Assembly (NCBI GenBank): GCA_003144275.1 | Contig: NJBF01000001.1 | Span: 60,001-92,000, forward strand | DNA from: Candidatus Heimdallarchaeota archaeon B3_Heim | Lineage (GTDB): Archaea; Asgardarchaeota; Heimdallarchaeia; Hodarchaeales; Hodarchaeaceae | Direction: 5' to 3' | DNA: 32,000 bases | Shown: piece by piece, positions 18,209-26,945 of the stretch | Layout: each line of letters begins with the position of its first letter | Position numbering within the stretch: position 1 is the stretch's first letter | Translations under genes and position numbers: made by a program | Notes under the pieces: model-generated | Database searches by the model: none | What the model saw: the letters and a program-made list of their open reading frames with translations, nothing else | Told to the model about the DNA's origin: nothing

Positions 18209-19111
18209 ATGAATTGGCTGAATATAATGAAAGACAAGATTCCCCTTTCTGAGATAATGACTAAAAAAGATGATCTTGTTACAATGAGAATTCCTGGTAA
18301 CAGAGATTTATTAATTGAAGCCATTCGTAAAACAGGTTTAAGTGTCTATCCTGTTCTGAGAAAAGAATCAGATGAATTAGTAGGAATTGTATCTAGATCA
18401 GATTTATTCAGAAATCCAGATGAAACACAATTATCCTTACTTATGAAAAGAGACGTTATCACATTAAAGTCAAGTAACTATGTAATTGATGCTGCAAGGA
18501 TTTATGAGGAAAATGTTTTCCAGAGAATTCCCATAGTCGATGATAATGATGATAAAATCTTAATAGGCTTAATCGCACGAAATGATATTATTAAGAAAGT
18601 AGTCCTTAAAGCTAAAATTCAATTGGACGTTAAAAACTACTTTAATCCAAATGTTACAACAATATGGGAACAAACACCAGTGAATATCGCAGCGATGATC
18701 CTTCGTGTTAGCCATCAAAAGGGACTTCCTGTTCTAAATGAATCTGGTATGACAGGAATTATTTCGCAGAATGATTTTCTCAAAGTAGCAGAAATATTAG
18801 ATTCCCAAAGTACAAGTCGGACAGGTCATGGTGCTGAAAATGATGCTTCATCTTGGGATAGTGAATCTATTTTGATTATTGGTTCCAAAACTCTCACTCT
18901 TCCACGTAACATGAAAGTATGTGATATTATGGAAAGAAATGTCGAAGTATGTTATACTGGAACCACTATTCATGAAGTTACTAAGAAAATGGTTCAGAAA
19001 AATCTTGATCAGATGCCTGTGGTAAATGTAAGTGGCGAAATCTTAGGAATAATCAATACTCGGGATATAATTCGAGCGTATGTTCACGGGTATGACAAAA
19101 TAAAAAGTTGA
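18209..19111 (+). CDS. CBS-domain protein (four CBS domains)
   Basis: Repeated P(V/I)V/L...LVG(I)(V/I)SR.D units: YPVL..LVGIVSRSD, RIPIVD..LIGLIARND, GLPVL..GIISQND, QMPVV..LGIINTRD. Confidence 0.9.
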   Translation: MNWLNIMKDKIPLSEIMTKKDDLVTMRIPGNRDLLIEAIRKTGLSVYPVLRKESDELVGIVSRSDLFRNPDETQLSLLMKRDVITLKSSNYVIDAARIYEENVFQRIPIVDDNDDKILIGLIARNDIIKKVVLKAKIQLDVKNYFNPNVTTIWEQTPVNIAAMILRVSHQKGLPVLNESGMTGIISQNDFLKVAEILDSQSTSRTGHGAENDASSWDSESILIIGSKTLTLPRNMKVCDIMERNVEVCYTGTTIHEVTKKMVQKNLDQMPVVNVSGEILGIINTRDIIRAYVHGYDKIKS

Positions 19112-19208
19112 TTTTTCTAATTAACTAAATATGGTGAGATTTGACCAGTACTAATATCTACTTTCATCTCAAACCAAAAATCACAATTACTGAAGTTAGA
19201 GGTTTATT

Positions 19209-20039
19209 ATGCCTATTCGTAGATCAATCGCTATACCTGATTCCGCAGTAAGTGATAATAGCGACATACGTTCTAAAACTGAAAAGCTCTTTCAGTTAAG
19301 CCGAATGGCAGCAATTTTTCAAGTCCAGAATATCCTAATATACCATAACCCTCTATTAACACCCGCTCGTGCGAATCGTGAAAGAAGAATTATCACACGA
19401 ATATTAGAATATATTGAATGTCCCCAATATTTACGTAAACGATTGTTTCCCCTATCACGAGACACTGTGGCGGTTGGAATACTTTCCCCTTTAGCAATTC
19501 CTCATCATGCGAAAACTCGTGACTTAAAACCTAATGAAATTCGAGAAGCTGCCATTTTTTTGAATCAAAATCGTGTTGTGGCTGATGTAGGTGGTATAGA
19601 ACTCCTAGAGGTCGAGGGATGGAAAAAATCCTTGAAAGAGAAAACGGTTCGTGTCACAGTAAAAATAATTAAAGCCAATGGAAAATTTAAAGCTTCTATA
19701 TTAGCTAATCATCCAATAGAAGAATATTGGGGATATACAGTTAGTTCGTATCAACAACCATTAAGTAAGGTTTTATTAAACAGATCTGAATACAAAATTG
19801 CTACATCCAGAACGTGTGAACGATTTTCTTCATTCAGACGAAAGCTAGATCTCAAAAGAGATCTGCTAATTGCCTTTGGAGGACCTTACAGTGGAATTCC
19901 AAAAATACTGAAGTCAGAAGGGAAAAAAACAAGTGATGTCTTCGACACTTGTGTTAATATTTTAGATAATTATGGAACACGTTCTTTGAGACTAGAAGAA
20001 GCAATGATGATCATGTTTAGTCGTCTAGAGAATGATTAA
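19209..20039 (+). CDS. SPOUT-family RNA methyltransferase (DUF171/MTH1/SPOUT1 type)
   Basis: SIAIPDS, R.AAIFQV, LEYIECPQYLRKRLFP, GIL.PL.IPHH, YWGY.V, FGGP..G, GTRSLRLEEA. Confidence 0.87.
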   Translation: MPIRRSIAIPDSAVSDNSDIRSKTEKLFQLSRMAAIFQVQNILIYHNPLLTPARANRERRIITRILEYIECPQYLRKRLFPLSRDTVAVGILSPLAIPHHAKTRDLKPNEIREAAIFLNQNRVVADVGGIELLEVEGWKKSLKEKTVRVTVKIIKANGKFKASILANHPIEEYWGYTVSSYQQPLSKVLLNRSEYKIATSRTCERFSSFRRKLDLKRDLLIAFGGPYSGIPKILKSEGKKTSDVFDTCVNILDNYGTRSLRLEEAMMIMFSRLEND

Positions 20040-20140
20040 TTCAATGAATTGCTATCGAATATCATTCCCGAAATCTTTAAATTTCCTTCTTATTTGATTT
20101 AAACCCGTATGTAAATTGTGTACAATATCCTGACTATACT

Positions 20141-20255
20141 GCGGGGGTTCCCTAGCCAGGTCAACGGGGACAGACTCAAGGTCTACTCTCTTTACGAAGT
20201 AGAGGAAGAGATCTGTTAGTGTAGACTTTCGTGAGTTCAAATCTCACCCCCCGCA
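20141..20255 (+). tRNA. tRNA-Leu(CAA) with ~30-nt intron at position 37/38 (about 20181-20210)
   Basis: Acceptor GCGGGGG/CCCCCGC-A, anticodon stem ACAGA/TCTGT with loop CT-CAA-G|A, variable arm AGT-GTAG-ACT, T arm GTGAG-TTCAAAT-CTCAC. Confidence 0.93.
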
Positions 20256-20411
20256 CTATAGTGAAAGAATGTTTCAATAGACGATAAGAGTAACTCCGAA
20301 ATCTCCTTAAACTAAGACATTCGGGAATTAGTCATAATTTCCAGAGAGAAGAAGCAAATAATATATTTTGTGCAATAAAATTCAAAACCCAGCCAATTTA
20401 GAGGTATCTAA

Positions 20412-21056
20412 ATGAGTACGGAAGAAATAATTCCAGGAATTACACCAACTCGTATGCAGTTGCTTGAACTTAATCAGAGATTGGAGCTAGCAACAAAAGG
20501 ATATAAACTACTTAGTGAAAAACTTGAGGCCTTAACTGGGGAACTTCTCACGTCAGTAAATGTCTATAAGGAGCGAAGAGAAAAAGCACTTGAAAAAACA
20601 AAACTCGCCCAAGATGAGTACAGAAAATTGGAGCTACAGATTGGAACAACCGAATTAAGAGGAGTTGTTTCAAATTTCAAACAGGTTTACCATTTAGAGA
20701 GCAAAAAACGAAGCTTAATGGGTATTTCCGTTCCTATGTTTCATCTTGTTGTTCCTGAATCTGAAAACACAAACATCGCCTCTTATTCGTTGAAACGAAC
20801 ATCAGCCAAATTTGATGAAAATTTGTTTTTGTTCAAAGAAAGTCTTCAAGCAATAATTCAATTATCAGAGGTACAATCAACTATTTCACGTTTGGCAAAA
20901 GAAATTATTGAAACTAAGAGACGAGTTAACGCTCTGAACTACATAATAATTCCAAGGATCGAGGCTACGGTCAAATGGATTAGATTAACATTAGCCGAAC
21001 GTGAGAGAGAGTCTTTTGTAAGATTAAAAAAAGTAAAGAAGAAAATATCTGGATAG
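20412..21056 (+). CDS. atpD: A/V-type ATP synthase subunit D
   Basis: PTRMQLL, GYKLLSEK, RSLMGISVP, TKRRVNALNYIIIP, L.ERERESFVRLK. Confidence 0.93.
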   Translation: MSTEEIIPGITPTRMQLLELNQRLELATKGYKLLSEKLEALTGELLTSVNVYKERREKALEKTKLAQDEYRKLELQIGTTELRGVVSNFKQVYHLESKKRSLMGISVPMFHLVVPESENTNIASYSLKRTSAKFDENLFLFKESLQAIIQLSEVQSTISRLAKEIIETKRRVNALNYIIIPRIEATVKWIRLTLAERERESFVRLKKVKKKISG

Positions 21057-21065
21057 AACTTATTT

Positions 21066-21812
21066 TTATTCTCTTCTAATTCTTCCTCTCCTAGGACCAG
21101 TTCTACGAGCGGCAATTAAACCGACTTTTCGTCCTGGGGGAGCATTTCTAGAAACTGTTGTAGGTTGTCCAGGTCCCTGATGAGCACCGCCACCAAAGGG
21201 GTGTGAAACAATATTCATGGCTACTCCACGCACTACAGGGAACGCTTTGTGGCCTTTTGCCCTCATAAAAGATCTCTTTAATCCAGCTTTTAAAAACGGA
21301 CGATCAGGTCTACCACCAGCAGAAATGACCCCAATCATGGCGCGGGCATTCTTATGAACTTGCCTTGAGTATTTTGAAGGTAGTTGGATAGTTGGTCCTG
21401 ACTTAGATTGACCACGAACTTGACCGTGTGTCCCTGACGCGCGACAAAGTGCTCCTCCATCACCAGGTCGCATTTCTATATTACAGATCCATATACCCTC
21501 TGGAATTTTGTGAGCTGGAACAATATTTCCTACTTCTAGCTCTGCGTCTTCACCTTGTTCGCATTTTTGCCCCACATGGACTCCTTCTGGTGCAGGAAGA
21601 AGGCATTCATCACCATCTTCATATCGAACGAGCATCAATGGAAGACCTCGACCCATCTCATGGATGAAATCGACTATTGTAAATTCAATTTTGCCTGTTG
21701 ATTCATTATCCTTGATAGGTAAATACCGTGCTTTACCTCTTCTTCTATGCGACAATGCACGAAAAACTGGCGATCCACGTCCACGTCTTTGTACTAGTAT
21801 TCTTTTTCCCAA
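21066..21812 (-). CDS. rpl2: 50S ribosomal protein uL2
   Basis: MGKRILVQRRGRG, RASGT, VRGVAMN..HPFGGG, PPGRKVGLIAARRTG. Confidence 0.98.
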   Translation of the reverse strand: MGKRILVQRRGRGSPVFRALSHRRRGKARYLPIKDNESTGKIEFTIVDFIHEMGRGLPLMLVRYEDGDECLLPAPEGVHVGQKCEQGEDAELEVGNIVPAHKIPEGIWICNIEMRPGDGGALCRASGTHGQVRGQSKSGPTIQLPSKYSRQVHKNARAMIGVISAGGRPDRPFLKAGLKRSFMRAKGHKAFPVVRGVAMNIVSHPFGGGAHQGPGQPTTVSRNAPPGRKVGLIAARRTGPRRGRIRRE

Positions 21813-21825
21813 TCATGTCACCTAC

Positions 21826-22101
21826 TTAAATAATTCCAACTTCTGTTGCGAGATCTAAAGCACTATTCTCCGGCACTAGTTTAATGAATGCTTTTTTCGT
21901 ACCTTGTGGTGTAATAAGAGTATTAACTTTCACTACAGAGACCTTATAGAGTGATTCGAAAGCATTCTTGATTTGATGTTTTGTTGCACGCCGATCAACA
22001 ATGAAAACAAGAGCATTTTCGTTGATGTTATCCATTTTGTTAAATGCAGATTCTGTGATAAGCGGATATTTAATAATATCATGGGGATGATTGAATTTCA
22101 T
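21826..22101 (-). CDS. rpl23: 50S ribosomal protein uL23
   Basis: IIKYPLITE, LVFIVD.RATK.QIK, VNTLITP.G.KKAFIKL. Confidence 0.97.
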   Translation of the reverse strand: MKFNHPHDIIKYPLITESAFNKMDNINENALVFIVDRRATKHQIKNAFESLYKVSVVKVNTLITPQGTKKAFIKLVPENSALDLATEVGII

Positions 22102-22135
22102 TTTACTCCAACCTGGGTTTGTTAGTTTTACTAAA

Positions 22136-22930
22136 TTAGTTGTTCTCCAATTTTTTCAGGTAATCAATAGCGGATTTCGTCCATATTGTAAGTCGTCCTG
22201 CATGTGTTCCAGGAGCAAGATGTTCAGTATTAAGTTGATCAATAAATACAACATCAACACCAGCAATATTTCTAGCTGCTTGGAGTATTCCACTGTCATT
22301 TGCTACTACTAACAACACCGATTTACCATTCTTATATTTTCTTCCACGCCGTTTACCCTTTCCTGCACGTACATGAGAATTTCTACGTTTTGCTTTTGCT
22401 AAATCGTATGATAATCCTAAACTTTTGAATGCTGTATGAACATCTTTGGTTTTCTTTAATGACTCAAGATCATCAGTAACGATGAGAGGTAAATAATTTA
22501 CTTCCTCTATAATGTGTCCCCGTGATTCAACAAGGACTGGATCAGATGTAGCCGCGATAGCTGAATTTTTTGCTAATTTCCGCTCTTTCTTATTAACTTT
22601 CTCAGAGAAATTTTGATTGGCTTCTGGTGGATGGGTACGTCTCCCACCAACTGCAAATGGTATCAAAGCTGCACGACTTGCTGAGTGAGTTCGAGAACCT
22701 TTTACACGTGGAACTCTAGCCGCACCACGTCCTGTTCCCCAGCTTTCTGCCGACGTACGTTTTCCAGCTCTAGGATCGACACCATAAGGAATCTGTCTAT
22801 TTCGACGGCTTGCTAGGACAGCTCTCTTTATTAAATCGGGACGAAATGACGTTTGAAAAACTTCAGCTAGTTGTATCTTTTCAACTTCTTTTCCTTCAAT
22901 GTCAAAGACTGGTACCTTTGTAGATTTCAT
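22136..22930 (-). CDS. rpl4: 50S ribosomal protein uL4
   Basis: RPDLIKRAV, TSAESWGTGRG.ARVPR, VGGRR.HPP, RAGKGK.RGR, LAPG.HAGRLTIWT. Confidence 0.98.
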   Translation of the reverse strand: MKSTKVPVFDIEGKEVEKIQLAEVFQTSFRPDLIKRAVLASRRNRQIPYGVDPRAGKRTSAESWGTGRGAARVPRVKGSRTHSASRAALIPFAVGGRRTHPPEANQNFSEKVNKKERKLAKNSAIAATSDPVLVESRGHIIEEVNYLPLIVTDDLESLKKTKDVHTAFKSLGLSYDLAKAKRRNSHVRAGKGKRRGRKYKNGKSVLLVVANDSGILQAARNIAGVDVVFIDQLNTEHLAPGTHAGRLTIWTKSAIDYLKKLENN

Positions 22931-22956
22931 ATATTAAACCCAACTTTATTCTTTCA

Positions 22957-23955
22957 CTAGTTTTTCGCAGCAGTGCTGATATAAGTAATTTGTAAATCCT
23001 CAATATCGACAGGTTTCAATCTTATTGGATCTCTTAATCGTATCAATCTTTTTGCAGGACCAGGAACGCTTCCATGGATTAAACAATGACGAGATACTCT
23101 GCCATAGCGTTTAAATCCATTAGAAGGTGTAACTTCCTCACCATCTTCTCCAATTTTTAATATCTGCTTATTATACTCAGTTCTGGTGAAATATCCTAAT
23201 TGACCAGCCCGAGGTACGGTCCACATAACTCTAGCGGGATGCCATGGTCCTATACACCCAACAACTCTTCGGCCTTTTCGAGTTTTTCTAGGTAAGATTT
23301 TAATACCATGTCTTTTAACAGGCCCTGCAAATCCTTTCCCTTTTGTAGCTGCATTCACATCTACGAAATCACTCGTATTGTACACATCGTCTAATGATAT
23401 TTTTTGATCCAATATCTTTGTTGCGTAATCAAATGCTTCAGCAACAGAACCCCCAACTTTAATTTCAATTATATCTGGTTTTTTCTGAGCAAGTCCTGCT
23501 TGTCGTGGGAGTGTGTGTGCGAGTACTCTAACTTCAGCGACTTCATTCAGTGATTGCTTCTCCAAACTGATAGCCTGTTTTTTATTTTGCTTGCTTTTAG
23601 GGACTTGCAATCTTAATCCAAGGTCTTTTTCAATTTTCTCGCCCCAAATTTGGGTACGAACTTTTACTTGGTCCGTTACGGGATCTTTAGAGTAAGTCCT
23701 AATACTAAAAATGCCAATAGGAGGTGTTTCAATCACAGTTACTGGAACAAATTGCTCTTGTTTATAATATGGAGATCGTCGATCTGTATTAATCATTGCA
23801 ATATGTGTCATTCCAGCTTTGTAACCAGCAAAACCTAATAATCTTGACTCAGTAGATGATGTCCAAGTTCTTATACGAGATGTGTGACGAGTTGTTTTCT
23901 TTCGTCGATATCCCAGAGATCCTCTATGTGGTGCATGTTTTTTTCTGTGACCCAA
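22957..23955 (-). CDS. rpl3: 50S ribosomal protein uL3
   Basis: HAP.RGSLG, GFAGYKAGMTH, TKGKGF.GPVKRHG, RAGQLGY..RTEYNK. Confidence 0.98.
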   Translation of the reverse strand: MGHRKKHAPHRGSLGYRRKKTTRHTSRIRTWTSSTESRLLGFAGYKAGMTHIAMINTDRRSPYYKQEQFVPVTVIETPPIGIFSIRTYSKDPVTDQVKVRTQIWGEKIEKDLGLRLQVPKSKQNKKQAISLEKQSLNEVAEVRVLAHTLPRQAGLAQKKPDIIEIKVGGSVAEAFDYATKILDQKISLDDVYNTSDFVDVNAATKGKGFAGPVKRHGIKILPRKTRKGRRVVGCIGPWHPARVMWTVPRAGQLGYFTRTEYNKQILKIGEDGEEVTPSNGFKRYGRVSRHCLIHGSVPGPAKRLIRLRDPIRLKPVDIEDLQITYISTAAKN

Positions 23956-24382
23956 AGTTTACGCTCTCCTATCTCTTGATAAGTTTGAATTTTCCTCAAT
24001 TGAGGATCGTATATGTTTGTAAAAACTAATACACGTCCACTTCTTGCTTTTTCGTTGGGGTTTTTTTGTTTTTGTTTTTACCAAGTGTTGTTTACTCTAT
24101 TTCTTGTTAGGATTTAAGGATAGAAAATCACTTGGAAGGTAAATGGTCAATAACAATACAAAATAGAACCAGAAAAAATTGAATTTTCCACTTGTTTTCA
24201 GAAAAAGATCCAGATTAAAAATTATCAGACTAATTAATAATTTGGATCTTTAGATCTTTTATTCTTTGGTTGTATTTATTTTAAAAAATAATTCCCAATA
24301 TGTATGAAATGAAGAGAAATTATCAAAGGATCAGAATTTATGTCTGAAATCACATTTCTCATTTAGAAAAAATAAACAAGTC

Positions 24383-25030
24383 ATGGAATTAGGAAAATTG
24401 ACCATAGAACCAACAGCCAAAGACGATATGCCTCCATCCTTATCATTTGACATGTCAATGCCTCAACTAGTAGTAGAAAAGCCATTAGCATCAGAGATTT
24501 TTGAAAACGGGTATTTTGGTCATTGGACATCAGATAATACGCTCTGCTTAGATCCTGAAGAAATCTTATTGCTTCTTGATAGAGGGAGAATAGTCTTAAA
24601 ATTGAGTGAATCTGATGAAAATATTGCATCTGAGGATCTAGTTATTCATTTTACAAATCTAAATCCAAATTTTTGGAGTCGCTATTTGGTGTATAAGGAT
24701 TTACGAAATCGTGGTTATGTGGTAAGCATTGGAACTCGGATTACAGCACCATTTAGAATATATTCAAGAGGGGGAAAACCTGGGGAATCTGCGAGTAAAA
24801 CAGTTATTTATCCTATTCCTGAAGGTGAAGATGTTAATCTTGACCTTCTTGATCAAATCGTAAAACAAGCAAAAATTGATAGAAAAAAGTTATTGCTATC
24901 TGTAATAGACAGGTTAGGTGATGTAACTTACTATCAAGCCTCCCAACTAGAACTAGAATATAACAATTTAGAATATGAGTTTAGGGACGAAATTTCTCCT
25001 CCTAACAATAGTGAGAATGGTGAAGAATAA
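24383..25030 (+). CDS. endA: tRNA-splicing endonuclease-like subunit (EndA family), possibly non-catalytic
   Basis: GYFG...LDPEEILLL N-domain; YLVYKDLRNRGYVV, FRIY, RKKLLLSVID and VTYY C-domain; catalytic His not found. Confidence 0.8.
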   Translation: MELGKLTIEPTAKDDMPPSLSFDMSMPQLVVEKPLASEIFENGYFGHWTSDNTLCLDPEEILLLLDRGRIVLKLSESDENIASEDLVIHFTNLNPNFWSRYLVYKDLRNRGYVVSIGTRITAPFRIYSRGGKPGESASKTVIYPIPEGEDVNLDLLDQIVKQAKIDRKKLLLSVIDRLGDVTYYQASQLELEYNNLEYEFRDEISPPNNSENGEE

Positions 25031-26898
25031 TGGATGGGAGATTTATTTTTGAATCTGAGGATAATCGTTATGTTCCTGATACCTCTGTGGTCATAAACGG
25101 AGGATTAAAAAAACTACTCGTCGATGACAGGATAGAGCCTGGTTCTACTATCACCATTCCGATTGCGCTTCTTGCCGAACTTGAAAATCAAGCGAATCTG
25201 GGAGAGAGAGTTGGTTTAATAGGTCTGGAACAATTAAAGTCTATTAGAGCTACATGTGAACAAAAACAAATTTCTTTTACCATGGGGGGAAGAAAACCTC
25301 GTCAATTCGAATTAGGGGAAATTGATGCCTTAATACGTGAATTGGCATGGAAGGAAGGTGGAACTCTGATTACTTCTGACAATATTCAAAATTTGAGTGC
25401 TCAATCAATGGGTGTTAAAACCCTATTTATTGAGTCAAGAACTCTAATACAGTATGATAAGCGATTGAAGATTGATCAGTACTTTGATAATGAAACTATG
25501 AGTATTCATATAAAACAAGGGACAAATGTATTTGTGAAGAAGGGCATACCAGGTACCGTTAAGTTTATACAATTCTCCTCCGAAATAATCACGAAAGAAG
25601 TAATTATTAATTATGCTGATGAGATTCTTGAGAAGGCAGCTTACTTTCCAGATACTTTTATTGAAATTGACAGAAAAACATCAACCATTGTCCAATATGA
25701 AGACAGACGGATTGTAATAACTCGTCCTCCATTTTCTGATGGTTGGGAAATTACTGCCGTTCGACCATTGAAACGAATGTCGTTAGAAGAGTATGGCCTT
25801 TCATCCCGTTTAAACCAACGTCTTGAAGAAAAGGCAGAAGGGATTTTGGTCGCAGGAAGTCCTGGAGCAGGAAAAACAACTTTCACACGTGCTTTAGCTC
25901 TTTTTTATTCTGATAAAGGAAAAATCATTAAGACTATTGAATCTCCGAGAGATTTAGATCTCAAAGTAGAAATTACCCAATATTCAAAGAACTTCGGTAC
26001 CCACTCCGAAATTCATGATATTCTGTTATTATCTAGACCAGATTATACCATTTTTGATGAAATTCGTGATCGTGACGATTTCCGTTTGTACACAGATCTA
26101 CGTTTATCTGGAATTGGGTTAATAGGAGTTATTCACTCCAGTACAGCGATAGATGCAATACAAAGATTTATTGGGAAACTTGAATTAGGAATAATTCCTA
26201 GTGTCCTTGATACGATAATATATATCGATTCTGGTCAAATACAGACCATTTTGGACGTAAAGATGACGGTAAAGGTTCCTTCAGGGTTAGTTGAGAGTGA
26301 CCTTGCTCGACCAGTAATTGAAGTGAGAGATTTCTTAACTGGAAGTGTAGTATATGAAATGTACACATTTGGAGAACAAACAGTTGTAATACCTTTGCAA
26401 AATACTGATTATACTACAAAAGAAGTCAAACCTGAACGTTTATCTGAGATAAAAAGTATCGTAGAACAATATACAAGCCAATCGGTTGAAATTGTTCCTA
26501 AAGATAGATATGGGCATCGTTTCGAAATACACGCACATAAAGAAGATATACCTATTGTGATTGGGCAAAAAGGAGTCACAATTAAGAAGTTAGAACGAAT
26601 CCTCAATGTTAAACTTGATGTGAATAAATCTCATAACTTGCATAGTACTGGTTTAGGCCGCCTAACGCGTCAAAATATTGCTTTTCACAAACGTACCATT
26701 ACCATTAGTTTTCCTAAACGAATTAAAAACCGAGAAATTCGTTTCTTTTTTCAAGAATCTGATGATTCCTCCCCTGTCGAATTTTTTACAGCCACTACAT
26801 CTAAATCAGGAAAAATTAAGCTCGCAACCAATAGTGAAATTGGGGAAATCTTCCAGAAGGCTTTCAAAGATGAAAACCTATCTTTACACTGGAAATGA
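25030..26898 (+). CDS. PINA-type ATPase (PIN domain + P-loop ATPase + KH domain)
   Basis: VPDTSVVI and ELENQAN (PIN); GSPGAGKTTF, IESPRDL and FDEIR (ATPase); IVIGQKG.TIKKLE (KH). Confidence 0.9.
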   Translation: MDGRFIFESEDNRYVPDTSVVINGGLKKLLVDDRIEPGSTITIPIALLAELENQANLGERVGLIGLEQLKSIRATCEQKQISFTMGGRKPRQFELGEIDALIRELAWKEGGTLITSDNIQNLSAQSMGVKTLFIESRTLIQYDKRLKIDQYFDNETMSIHIKQGTNVFVKKGIPGTVKFIQFSSEIITKEVIINYADEILEKAAYFPDTFIEIDRKTSTIVQYEDRRIVITRPPFSDGWEITAVRPLKRMSLEEYGLSSRLNQRLEEKAEGILVAGSPGAGKTTFTRALALFYSDKGKIIKTIESPRDLDLKVEITQYSKNFGTHSEIHDILLLSRPDYTIFDEIRDRDDFRLYTDLRLSGIGLIGVIHSSTAIDAIQRFIGKLELGIIPSVLDTIIYIDSGQIQTILDVKMTVKVPSGLVESDLARPVIEVRDFLTGSVVYEMYTFGEQTVVIPLQNTDYTTKEVKPERLSEIKSIVEQYTSQSVEIVPKDRYGHRFEIHAHKEDIPIVIGQKGVTIKKLERILNVKLDVNKSHNLHSTGLGRLTRQNIAFHKRTITISFPKRIKNREIRFFFQESDDSSPVEFFTATTSKSGKIKLATNSEIGEIFQKAFKDENLSLHWK

Positions 26899-26945
26899 AT
26901 CTTAAAGAATGAAAAAAGAAGTTTTCCCTCTCACCTTTCTAATTC

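Noticed and set aside
20052-20240. 62-aa minus-strand ORF
   Set aside because: Antisense to tRNA-Leu
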